Assembly (NCBI GenBank): GCA_044866005.1
Contig: JBIOTN010000054.1
Span: 1 to 46,558 of the forward strand
Direction: 5' to 3'
DNA from: Candidatus Rokuibacteriota bacterium
GTDB lineage: Bacteria; Methylomirabilota; Methylomirabilia; Rokubacteriales; DASRDR01
DNA length: 46,558 bases
Made by a program: the position numbers and the translations under genes. Positions 27,954 through 36,712 of the stretch are shown piece after piece. Numbering within the stretch: position 1 is the stretch's first letter; every line of letters starts with the position of its first letter. Under the pieces are notes generated by a model. That model saw only the letters and a list, made by a program, of their open reading frames with translations. It did not search any database and was not told where the DNA came from.

Positions 27954-28720
27954 CAGCCAATCTGCTTGCCCGACTGCGTCAGGGCGTTGCGAAGCCTCTC
28001 CGCCAGGGCGCGGTACTCGGGCGAGGCCTTGACGTCCGCCGCTCGCGGCCTCCCCAGGTCGACCGTCACGTCGTCCTTGATGCGCCCCGGCCGCGCGCTC
28101 ATCACCAGGACCCGGTCGGCCAGGTAGACGGCCTCCTCGATGCTATGGGTCACGAACAGGACGGTGATCTTGACCGTCTCCCAGATCCTCAGCAGTTCCT
28201 CCTGCAAGAGCTCCCGCGTCTGCATGTCGACCGCCGCGAACGGCTCGTCCATCAGCAAGACCTTGGGGTTCTTCGTGAAGGCCCGCGCCAGGCCGACCCG
28301 CTGCTGCATCCCGCCCGAGATCTCGTGGGGATAGTGCCTCTCGAACCCGGTCAGGTTGAGCCTGTCGATCTGCTCCTTCGCGCGCCGCCGTCGCTCGCGC
28401 TTCGGTACACGCTGAATCTCCAGGGCGAACTCGACGTTGCCCATGACCGTCCGCCACGGCAGCAGCCCATAGTTCTGGAACACGAGCGAGCGATCGAGGC
28501 CCGGACCACGGATGACGTCCCCGTCGACGAGGACCTCACCGTCGTCCGCGCTGGTGAGCCCGGCGACGATGCGCAGGACCGTGGTCTTCCCGCATCCGCT
28601 CGGCCCGAGCAGGCAGGCGAATTGCGCTCGGGGAATGGCGAAGCTGACCTGGTCGAGAACGACCAGTTCCCGCCCCTGTCGGTCCGGATATCGCTTGGAG
28701 AGCCGTCGTGCCTCGAGCAT
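27953..28720 (-). CDS. NitT/TauT-type ABC ATP-binding protein
   Basis: GPSGCGKT, ISGGMQQR, LMDEPF, FVTHSIEEA. Confidence 0.93.
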   Translation of the reverse strand: MLEARRLSKRYPDRQGRELVVLDQVSFAIPRAQFACLLGPSGCGKTTVLRIVAGLTSADDGEVLVDGDVIRGPGLDRSLVFQNYGLLPWRTVMGNVEFALEIQRVPKRERRRRAKEQIDRLNLTGFERHYPHEISGGMQQRVGLARAFTKNPKVLLMDEPFAAVDMQTRELLQEELLRIWETVKITVLFVTHSIEEAVYLADRVLVMSARPGRIKDDVTVDLGRPRAADVKASPEYRALAERLRNALTQSGKQIG

Positions 28721-28770
28721 GAGAGGTCGAGTCCCCCCGCCTGGACGCGGGCACGCGGGAAGGGTGCCGA

Positions 28771-29565
28771 TCAGCGTGTGGCTCGTTCGCTCTCCTTCCA
28801 GGGCAAGATCAGGCGCTCCAGAGCCGTGACCGCCTCCGTGAGAAGCAAGCCCAGCAACGCCAGCAGCAGCGCCACGGCCAGGAGCCTGTCGGTGGCGAAC
28901 CGGTTGGCGTAGAGCACCGTCAACCCTCCCAGGCCCGCGATGGCGGTGAACATCTCGGCCACGATCATCCCCACCACCGCGCGCCCCACGGATATCCTGA
29001 CTCCCGTCAGCACGAAGGGCAGCGCGGCCGGGACGACGAGCTTCTGGAGTACCTGCCACTCACGCGCGCCTTCGACGTCGGCGATCTCGATGAGCGATGG
29101 GCTGACGTCGCGAACGCCATCCCGCGTGTTCAGCGCGACGGGGAAGAAGGCCGAGAGGAAGACCACGGCCACCTTCGCCTCCAGGTCGAGGCCGAACCAC
29201 AGGATGAGCAGGGGGATGAGCGCCACTCGGGGCGTGGAGTAGAGCGCGAGGATCTGGGCGCGGAGGAGGCCATCGGCGACCGGATAGCGGCCCATGACCA
29301 GGCCGCAGATCACGCCAGCGGCCGTCGCGGACGCCCACCCGATGGCGAGCGCTTGCAGACTGGTCGTGACGGCGGCCTGCAATTCGCCGCTCTGGATCAT
29401 CGCGGGAAAAGCTCTCGCGATCGCCGTCGGATAGGAAAAGAAGATCGGGTCTACCCCGCGGCCATACCATTCCCACAGGGCGAGGGTCGAGCTCACCGAA
29501 GCGACCCCGATCAGCCGGCCATCCAGCCAGCGGCCGACCAGTCGCGTGGCAGCTCCGCCCCGCAT
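28771..29565 (-). CDS. NitT/TauT-type ABC permease
   Basis: YSTPRVALIPLLILWFG, VVPAALPFVLTG, IVAEM. Confidence 0.92.
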   Translation of the reverse strand: MRGGAATRLVGRWLDGRLIGVASVSSTLALWEWYGRGVDPIFFSYPTAIARAFPAMIQSGELQAAVTTSLQALAIGWASATAAGVICGLVMGRYPVADGLLRAQILALYSTPRVALIPLLILWFGLDLEAKVAVVFLSAFFPVALNTRDGVRDVSPSLIEIADVEGAREWQVLQKLVVPAALPFVLTGVRISVGRAVVGMIVAEMFTAIAGLGGLTVLYANRFATDRLLAVALLLALLGLLLTEAVTALERLILPWKESERATR

Positions 29566-29606
29566 GGCGGCTCACCCGGGCCGACGATCGGGTGCCGCCG
29601 CCGCGA

Positions 29607-30614
29607 TCAGGGCGTCTCCCTCGCCCGCGCGCTGGCCGCCTGCGCGACCTCTTGCGCGAAGTACTTTTCGAACGACGGTGGCGTCTTCAAGTCGCCGGAT
29701 TCGACCAGCGTCTTGACCGTGAAGTCCCACGACGCCTTGGAGATGACCGCATCGGTATTCCAGTATTTCTTGGCGGCGAAGCTCTTCAATGTGGCTCCCA
29801 GCAACCGTGGCCCGTCCTTCAGGTCCGGGAGGAGCTTCCCGCTCTCCGCGGCCGCCTTGTCAGGATTGCCCATCCCCCACTGAGCCCCCTTGATGGCGGC
29901 GGCCAGGAATCGCTCGATGGCGGCCCGCTTCTCCCGCAGCACCGGATCCGACGTCGCGGCGCACGAGGACAGGAGGTCGATCTGCGTCGCGTCGGCGATG
30001 GGATGGAGCGTTTCGGCGGACTTGAGCCGCTCCACCCACAGCGAGGTGAGGACGGACGCGTCGACGCTGCCTACGAGCAGGGCTTGTGCGCGGGAGCTCG
30101 TGCCGCCGAGCGAAACGACCCTGACCGCCCGAAAGTCGCCGCCGGCCGCCTCGATCATGAGCTTCGGGACCTGGTAGGAGATCGCCCCGGGCGCCGACAC
30201 CGCGAGGGATCGCCCCGCGAGATCCTTCGGACTCTTCACGTCGCTCTTCGCGATGAGCGTGTAGTCCAGGCGGTTCTCGATGACCCCGACGATCTTGAGC
30301 GCCGCCCCGACCTCCATGGCGCGCAACACTGCGGAGCAGCCGCAGCCCGCGACATCCACTTCACCGGCCAGGAGCGCGCGGATGGATACCTGGTCGTCCT
30401 GGAGCGGCAGGATCGTGAGGTCGAGACCCTGTTTCCGGTAATAGCCCTGACTCTGGGCGTACCAGTAGTAGTGCGAGACCACGTCGGGCTGGACGCCACC
30501 CGCGACGCCGAGCCGAAGCGCGTCCGGTTTCTGCGCCTCGCTGGCGACCGCTCCGGCCAGCAGCACCACCGCCAGCACACTTTCCCAGAACCGCGCGCCC
30601 ATTCTGCCGCTCAT
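29607..30614 (-). CDS. NMT1/THI5-like ABC substrate-binding protein
   Basis: Signal peptide; QGYYRKQGLD, ALLAGEVD, DLAGRSLAVSAPG. Confidence 0.88.
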   Translation of the reverse strand: MSGRMGARFWESVLAVVLLAGAVASEAQKPDALRLGVAGGVQPDVVSHYYWYAQSQGYYRKQGLDLTILPLQDDQVSIRALLAGEVDVAGCGCSAVLRAMEVGAALKIVGVIENRLDYTLIAKSDVKSPKDLAGRSLAVSAPGAISYQVPKLMIEAAGGDFRAVRVVSLGGTSSRAQALLVGSVDASVLTSLWVERLKSAETLHPIADATQIDLLSSCAATSDPVLREKRAAIERFLAAAIKGAQWGMGNPDKAAAESGKLLPDLKDGPRLLGATLKSFAAKKYWNTDAVISKASWDFTVKTLVESGDLKTPPSFEKYFAQEVAQAASARARETP

Positions 30615-30627
30615 GATCGGCCTCCTC

Positions 30628-31083
30628 TCAGCGTTTCGGCCGGGCGGTGGAGCCGGATCGGCCTGTGCCTTTCGGTCTGGACTTCTTGGCCGGGCGGGAT
30701 GGCGCCCTCACCACAGCGTCGATCTCGACGAGGCCTCCGAGGGCGACCTTCGAGACCTCGACCGTGCTCCGCGTGGGCGGCGACGAGCCGAAGCGCTCGT
30801 CCAGGGCTCGCCGGACCAGCGGCAGGTCGCGGTCCCAGTCGAGCAGGAAGACGGTGAGCTTCACGGCGGCATCCAAGGACGCCCCCACTTCGCGGAGGAC
30901 GGTGTCGAGATTCAGCAGGGCGCGTTTGGCCTGCGCATACGTGTCGCCCGGCACGATCTTGCCTGTCGAATCCTCACCCACCTGTCCGCTGCAGAACACG
31001 AACCCGTTCGCGACCACGGCGTGAGAGTAGGAAGGGGAATGCCGTGGGACACCGGCGGAGATGACGACTCTGCGGTCAGCCAT
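30628..31083 (-). CDS. RidA family enamine/imine deaminase
   Basis: YSHAV...FCSGQV, PPTRSTVEV (catalytic Arg present), VEIDAV; GGAGG RBS. Confidence 0.9.
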   Translation of the reverse strand: MADRRVVISAGVPRHSPSYSHAVVANGFVFCSGQVGEDSTGKIVPGDTYAQAKRALLNLDTVLREVGASLDAAVKLTVFLLDWDRDLPLVRRALDERFGSSPPTRSTVEVSKVALGGLVEIDAVVRAPSRPAKKSRPKGTGRSGSTARPKR

Positions 31084-31124
31084 CCGTTTGACCTCCTGTT
31101 CCGGGAGACGCCCCTCCGGCCGGC

Positions 31125-32297
31125 TCACCGACGCCCGGTCGGCATCCGGCCACGAGCCTTCACGTACCGGACGATTCGCGCGCAGCCCTCGGCCAGCAGA
31201 TCCGCCGACGTCGCGAACGAGATCCGCACGGTGCCGGCGCCCAGCGCGCCAAAGGTCTCCCCGGGCGCCGTCGCGACCCGCTCGCGCGCCAACAGATCCC
31301 GCGCGACGGCATAGGAGTCGACACCGGCGGCGGAGACGTCGACCAGCGCATAGAACGCTCCCCGTGGCACCGATGCGAGCAGATCGGCGGCCCCCAGAAG
31401 GTCGACGACGAGGTCCCGCCGCGTCTGATAGGCCGCCCGCATCGCCTCCACCTCGCTCCTCGGCAACAGCAGGGCGGCCTCGCCGGCCTTCTGCGAGACC
31501 GAGGATGCGCAGGAGACGAGCGGTTCCTGCAGCTTGCCGACGAGGGCGGCGACGGGCGGCCGGGCCAACACGTACCCGAGCCGCCAGCCGGTCATCGCGT
31601 ACGTCTTCGAGAAGCCGAAGACCGAAATTACCCGACCGTCCCGGTCGAACTGCGCGGCCGTCTCGTGACGGCCGTCGAACACGAAGTCCTCGTAGACCTC
31701 GTCCGACAACACGTAGAGATCATGGCGCGCGGCAAGGGCAACCAGGGCGGCCACGGTCTCGCGGGGAAACACCGCCCCGGTCGGGTTGCCTGGGCTGTTG
31801 ACGAGCAGGAGCTTGGTCCTCGGCGTGACGAGCCGTTCCAGGACCTCCACGTCGGGTACGTAGCCGCGTTCCCGCTGGAGGGGGTACGTCACCGGGACCC
31901 CGCCCGCGATGCACGTCATCGTCACGTAGTTCGGCCAGCCCGGGTCGGGCACCAGGACCTCGTCGCCGGGGTTGACAGTCGCCAGGATCGCGGTGGCCAG
32001 CGCACAGACGGCCCCCGGCGTGACGACGACCTCCTCGGCCGTCGCCGGCAGGCGGTTCTGTTGCCTGAGCTTCCGCGCGATGGCGTCACGCAGCGCGCCG
32101 AACCCGGCGTTGGGCGTGTACTTGGTGAACCCGCCGGCCGCCGCCGTGAGGCCGGCGCTGATGACGGCGGGCGGGGTGTTGAAGTCAGGCTCGCCCACTT
32201 CCAGGTGGACGACGCCCGGCATCCCGGCGGCGAGCTCCATGATCTCCCGGATGCCCGAGCGGCGCATGCTGCTCGCGACCGTGGACAGGGTCTTCAT
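31125..32297 (-). CDS. Class I/II PLP aminotransferase
   Basis: GEPDF, NSPGNPTG, SDEVY, FSKTYAMTGWRLG. Confidence 0.93.
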   Translation of the reverse strand: MKTLSTVASSMRRSGIREIMELAAGMPGVVHLEVGEPDFNTPPAVISAGLTAAAGGFTKYTPNAGFGALRDAIARKLRQQNRLPATAEEVVVTPGAVCALATAILATVNPGDEVLVPDPGWPNYVTMTCIAGGVPVTYPLQRERGYVPDVEVLERLVTPRTKLLLVNSPGNPTGAVFPRETVAALVALAARHDLYVLSDEVYEDFVFDGRHETAAQFDRDGRVISVFGFSKTYAMTGWRLGYVLARPPVAALVGKLQEPLVSCASSVSQKAGEAALLLPRSEVEAMRAAYQTRRDLVVDLLGAADLLASVPRGAFYALVDVSAAGVDSYAVARDLLARERVATAPGETFGALGAGTVRISFATSADLLAEGCARIVRYVKARGRMPTGRR

Positions 32298-32354
32298 CTC
32301 ACCGTGCGGCAGGAGAGGTCGCCCCGGCTCTTCGCACCAGCATCGCGGACAGCG

Positions 32355-33728
32355 TCACGCGCCGAGCAGCCTCAACGCGACCGCCTCCGCCAGGCAGCTC
32401 CGGGCGAAGTCGGCCAGGTGAAGACTTTCGTCGGGGCCATGGATGCTCGATTCGGGATCCGCGATTCCCGTCACGAGGATCGCGGCGTCGGGGTAGCGGT
32501 CCTGAAAAGCCGCGACGAACGGGATGGAGCCGCCTTCCCCGATGTGGACGGGAGGGTGTCCCCACGCCTCCACGCACGCCTGGCGGAAGCTCTCGTAAGC
32601 GGGCTTCGTCTCGTCCAGCGCGAACGGCGGAACCGTCGCCCCGGGCATGACCGTCGCCTGTGCCCCCCAGGGAACGTGCGACCTCACGTGCGAGATCAAC
32701 GCCCTCATGCACGCGTCCGGGTCCGCACCCGGGGGAATCCTGAGGCTCAGCTTCGCGCGAGCGGCGGGGACCAGCTGGTTGCTGGCTTCCAGGGTCCGAG
32801 GCGCGTCGACGGCGAGGATCGAGAGCGCGGGCTTCCCCCACAATCGCTCCAGAATCGAGCCGTCGCCGATCAATCTCAGGCCTTCGACCGTTCCGACTCG
32901 CTCTCGGAGCGTCGGCTCGTCCATCTCGACGGCGGCGGCACTGCGACCGGCGGACCGATGCGCCGGCCATGGCACGGCCATGCGGCCGGCCTCGTCGTGC
33001 AGGGTGGAGAGCAGTCGAACGAGCGCCATCAGGGCGTCGGGGACCGTTCCCCCGAACACGCCGCTATGCACCGCCCGGCGCAGCGTCCGCACCTCGAGGA
33101 TGCAGTCGACGAGCCCGCGCATCGAGGTGGTGACTGCCGGTTGCCCGAGACGCCAGTTCAAGCCGTCCGGGACCATGGCGACGTCCGCGGCGATGAGCTC
33201 CCCATGGGCCTCGAAAAATCGCGGAAGCGCGGGCGAGCCGATCTCCTCTTCGCCCTCGATGAAGACCTTGATGCCGACCGGCGGCGTGCCTCGATGGGCC
33301 CGCAGGGCCGCCACGTGTACGGCGATGCCGGCTTTGTCGTCACAGGCGCCGCGGCCATACAGGCGACCTTCGCGCTCGACGGGTTCGAAGCACGGCACGG
33401 TCCAGTGGCCCGCCTCGCCTGGCGGCTGCACGTCGTGATGCGCGTAGAGCAGGACGGTCGGCGACCCGGGAGGCCCGCTTCGCTCGCCGAACACCGCGGG
33501 ATGCATGCCGTCCAGATCGAGGACCCGGACCCCCGTCAGGCCCAAGGTCCGAAGAATCTGGGCGGTGGCCTCGGCGGACCGGCGAACGGCGCCAGGGTCG
33601 TAGCCGGGGGCGGTGATCGACGGGATCCTGACCAGGCGCTCGAGCTCCGCTCGAACGGTTGCCGCATTCCGATCGAGCGCCGCGCGGAGGTCGTCGTGCA
33701 TCGGAGCGCCCACGTGGCCGGCACTCAC
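32355..33728 (-). CDS. M20 family metallo-dipeptidase/amidohydrolase
   Basis: YAHHDVQP, GRGACDDKAG, EGEEEIGS, GGSIP, HGPDES. Alternative start ATG at 33701. Confidence 0.92.
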   Translation of the reverse strand: MSAGHVGAPMHDDLRAALDRNAATVRAELERLVRIPSITAPGYDPGAVRRSAEATAQILRTLGLTGVRVLDLDGMHPAVFGERSGPPGSPTVLLYAHHDVQPPGEAGHWTVPCFEPVEREGRLYGRGACDDKAGIAVHVAALRAHRGTPPVGIKVFIEGEEEIGSPALPRFFEAHGELIAADVAMVPDGLNWRLGQPAVTTSMRGLVDCILEVRTLRRAVHSGVFGGTVPDALMALVRLLSTLHDEAGRMAVPWPAHRSAGRSAAAVEMDEPTLRERVGTVEGLRLIGDGSILERLWGKPALSILAVDAPRTLEASNQLVPAARAKLSLRIPPGADPDACMRALISHVRSHVPWGAQATVMPGATVPPFALDETKPAYESFRQACVEAWGHPPVHIGEGGSIPFVAAFQDRYPDAAILVTGIADPESSIHGPDESLHLADFARSCLAEAVALRLLGA

Positions 33729-33731
33729 GTC

Positions 33732-34730
33732 TCACCGGAAGGCCGGGAGGACCGACTCGGCCAGCAGTCTGAGCTGGTCCCGATAGCGCGGGAAGTCGAG
33801 ACGCAGGTCGAAGACGACGTGATCGATTTCTCGCGCCACCAGCTTCTCCACCTCACGCTTGCAATCTTCGGGGTCGCCGGCCATGAGAAGACCCTCCAGG
33901 TCCTCGATGGTGCGGAACTCCCCCGAGGGGGGTCTGACGAAGTGCTTCGACTCTTGGTAGCCGACCTCGGGCACGTCGACGCTCCTGGCCAGGGCCGGGA
34001 CGTCGACGCCGTTCCGGGCGTCGTCGCGGTTCTTGGCGATCCGGACGAGAGGGATGACGCCGGTCGCCATGGTCTTCCCGGCCTCCGCGCCGAGGCGGCG
34101 CAGCAAGGCGAGACGGTCGTCCAGGGTGGCGAGCGGGATGCGGCCCGGCATCCAGCCCCACGTGTACTTGACCGCCCGCCGCACGGACGCTCGCGTCGAG
34201 CCGCCGTACAGGAGCGGGATCGGGGCGACCGGCTTCGGGCGGATCGTGACGCGATCAACCCGGAAGATCTTGCCCTCGTACGAGACGTCGTCCGACCGCC
34301 AGATGGCCTGGATGATCTCCAGCGTCTCGCGGAAGATGTCCTCGCGCTCGCCGATCTGAAAGCCGGCGCCCGCGATCTCGTGGGCGTTTCCGCCGAGCCC
34401 GAATCCCGCGACCACGCGGCCGTTGGACAGGACGCTGAGGCTCGCCAGCTCTTGAGCGAGCTTGAGCGGCCACCGGACGGGAATGAGGACGGCGGTGCCC
34501 AGGAGGATGCGGCGGGTCACCGCGCTGATGGCAGCGAGTGTCAGGAGCGGCTCCAGGAAGGTCGGGTCGGAGCCGTCGATCTCGCCGTGGGGTGTCCAGA
34601 TCAGGTGGTCCCGCACCCAGACCGAGTCGAAGCCCATCTCCTCGATCTCGCGGCTGGTTTGAACGACCGTCTCGACCCGCGCGTGCTGGCCGAAGTGCGG
34701 GAGCAGCACGCCGAACCTGGTCCGCTTCAT
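33732..34730 (-). CDS. LLM class flavin (possibly F420)-dependent oxidoreductase
   Basis: GFDSVWVRDHL, LGTAVLI, SNGRVVAGFGLG, LAESVLP. Confidence 0.92.
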   Translation of the reverse strand: MKRTRFGVLLPHFGQHARVETVVQTSREIEEMGFDSVWVRDHLIWTPHGEIDGSDPTFLEPLLTLAAISAVTRRILLGTAVLIPVRWPLKLAQELASLSVLSNGRVVAGFGLGGNAHEIAGAGFQIGEREDIFRETLEIIQAIWRSDDVSYEGKIFRVDRVTIRPKPVAPIPLLYGGSTRASVRRAVKYTWGWMPGRIPLATLDDRLALLRRLGAEAGKTMATGVIPLVRIAKNRDDARNGVDVPALARSVDVPEVGYQESKHFVRPPSGEFRTIEDLEGLLMAGDPEDCKREVEKLVAREIDHVVFDLRLDFPRYRDQLRLLAESVLPAFR

Positions 34731-34763
34731 CGGCCCTCTCCTTGCCTCCGGCCGCCCGGACGC

Positions 34764-35951
34764 TCAGGCGTCCGCGATGGCAATGGCCTCGACGCCGATC
34801 ACGGCGCCATGGTGGCCGACCGAGTTGACGCCGAAACCGGTCACCGCCACGCCGTTCTCGAAGTACGTGCCGCGGATGAGGGCGGACTGCCTGACGGGGG
34901 CCGGATAGGCCCCCGGCTCCTGTTTCAGGTCGACGTAGTACGTGTTCTTCTTGACGACGCTTCCCATCGGAGCGCCCGCGTGGGCCAGGGTCTTCTTGAC
35001 GTTCTCCATCACCACCCGGGTCTGCGCCGCGATGTCCCCAGCCGTCATCTGACCGCGCCCGTCCTTCGCCACTTGCGCCGACACGTAGACGACGTCGCCG
35101 CATTTCACCGCGTGATGCAGGAAGTCGCCGTCCGGCGGGTAGTGCGCGGGCGGATCGACCAGGGTCTTGCGAGCGTTCGGGACGGCGACGGCATCCATCT
35201 GGAACAGGAATCCGGGAGTGACCCAGCGGTGAACGCCGACGCCCGTGCCGCTGACGCCGCTCTTCAGGTATTTCTTCATGGTCAGCACGGAGTCTCGCCA
35301 CGCGTCCGGCACCGTGTAGTACGCGTTCGTCTTGACCACGTCGTCCAGCGACGCGCCGAGCTCTTCCAGCACGTGCCGGAGGTTCATGCACACCGTCCCC
35401 GCCTGTCCAGGCATGTCGCCGGGGACGAGAGCCCCGCGATCATCGCTGCTGACTTGCCCGGACAGGTAGATCGTGTTTCCGGCCTTGACTGCCGCGCTGA
35501 AGGGAACGGCGGTCGGCAGACGGTGGCGTCCACGATCGGCGAACGTCTTCGGTGTGTTGACGACCGCGATGGCCTCGATCTCGACCGTGAATCCGGACCC
35601 GACGAGGGCCGGCACGACCACGACGGTGAAGGCCGGCAGCCGTTTGAAATACGTGGCCTGGATGCTGATGGATTCGTTGATTCCCTCCACGTCGAGACAG
35701 AAGGCGTTCAGCTTCACGACGTCGTCCAGCGAGCCTCCCAGGGCCGAGAGCACGTCTCGCAAGCTCTCCATGGCGGCCCGCGTCTGGCGCGGCAGGTCGT
35801 TCGGATACAGTGCAGTGTTCGTCGCCCAGTCCTTCATCGCCACTTGCCCGGTGACGTAGATGCTGTCGCCATGCCGCAGCCCCTGGCACCACGGCACGTC
35901 CACCCCCGCAGCTCGGAAAGACCCGCCGGGGACATCGAAGTAGGACCTCAT
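34764..35951 (-). CDS. Protein made of three tandem Rid (YjgF/UK114) domains
   Basis: Three G..(I/V)Y(V/L)(T/S)(G/A)QV starts; three DVVK/SVVK segments; ends VEIEAIAV, FQMDAVAV, IGVEAIAI. Confidence 0.9.
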   Translation of the reverse strand: MRSYFDVPGGSFRAAGVDVPWCQGLRHGDSIYVTGQVAMKDWATNTALYPNDLPRQTRAAMESLRDVLSALGGSLDDVVKLNAFCLDVEGINESISIQATYFKRLPAFTVVVVPALVGSGFTVEIEAIAVVNTPKTFADRGRHRLPTAVPFSAAVKAGNTIYLSGQVSSDDRGALVPGDMPGQAGTVCMNLRHVLEELGASLDDVVKTNAYYTVPDAWRDSVLTMKKYLKSGVSGTGVGVHRWVTPGFLFQMDAVAVPNARKTLVDPPAHYPPDGDFLHHAVKCGDVVYVSAQVAKDGRGQMTAGDIAAQTRVVMENVKKTLAHAGAPMGSVVKKNTYYVDLKQEPGAYPAPVRQSALIRGTYFENGVAVTGFGVNSVGHHGAVIGVEAIAIADA

Positions 35952-36005
35952 GCGTGCTCCTTTGCCTTGTCCATCTGCGACGCTGCGACGTCCGCCCCCA
36001 CCGGC

Positions 36006-36551
36006 TCAGAAACTCGGGGGGGTCGTCGCCCAGATGCTCTCGACCACCCTGCCGGACTGGTTCTCGTACCGGTGAGGAATGTGGCACTTGAAGGTGATCG
36101 AGTCTCCGGCCCGCAGTACGTACCGCTCCTCCCCGACCCAGTAGACGAGCGTCCCTTTGAGGATCACGCCGCACTCCTCCCCGTCGTGTTGCATGACGGG
36201 ACTCTTCGCTCCGCGCGGGATCCTCGACCAGAGCACCTCGAGGGCGCCGTTCAGGCGCGGCGTCAGCAGCCCGTTTCGCGTGGGAGAATCCGGGGACACG
36301 AAGATCTTCCGCCTGGTACGACGCACGACGGGCGAGATGCGATGCCTCGTCGCCTCGGTCGCTTCGAAGAGGGCCCCCACGCTGGTATCGAGGGCTTCCG
36401 CGATGCGCGCCAGCGCGGCCACTGATGGACACACCTTGTCGCGCTCGATCTGGCTCAGGTAGCTCGGCGAGAACTGAGTCTTGGCAGCCACGTCGATGAG
36501 ACGCAGCCGGGCGTTCGTCCTTTGCTTTCGAATGGCCCCGCCCAGCGTCAT
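36006..36551 (-). CDS. XRE-family HTH regulator with cupin sensor (PuuR/SutR-like)
   Basis: SPSYLSQIERDK..PS...L.RIA.AL; HDGEE...LRAGDSITF...PHRYEN. Confidence 0.92.
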   Translation of the reverse strand: MTLGGAIRKQRTNARLRLIDVAAKTQFSPSYLSQIERDKVCPSVAALARIAEALDTSVGALFEATEATRHRISPVVRRTRRKIFVSPDSPTRNGLLTPRLNGALEVLWSRIPRGAKSPVMQHDGEECGVILKGTLVYWVGEERYVLRAGDSITFKCHIPHRYENQSGRVVESIWATTPPSF

Positions 36552-36570
36552 GGGGTCCCCCCTGGCATGT

Positions 36571-36611
36571 GAAGCGTTTTACAAATACTGAAACGCCTCC
36601 CGGTCTGTCAA
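36571..36611 (-). promoter_or_regulatory. Promoter with an overlapping imperfect palindrome (candidate operator)
   Basis: TTGACA at 36611-36606; GAAGCGTTT-N11-AAACGCCTC spans the -10 region of an AT-rich patch. Confidence 0.6.
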
Positions 36612-36712
36612 GCCCCCGGTCCATGGAGCAGCGGATTCGGGCGACCGTGTCGCCGCGGGTGCTGGACTAGAGAAGCGGAGTGGGACGCCGGCCTCGTCCC
36701 GGCCGGCGGGCG

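Noticed and set aside
31665..36425. 1586-aa plus-strand ORF
   Set aside because: Antisense shadow of five well-supported minus-strand genes; no motifs; expected in high-GC DNA
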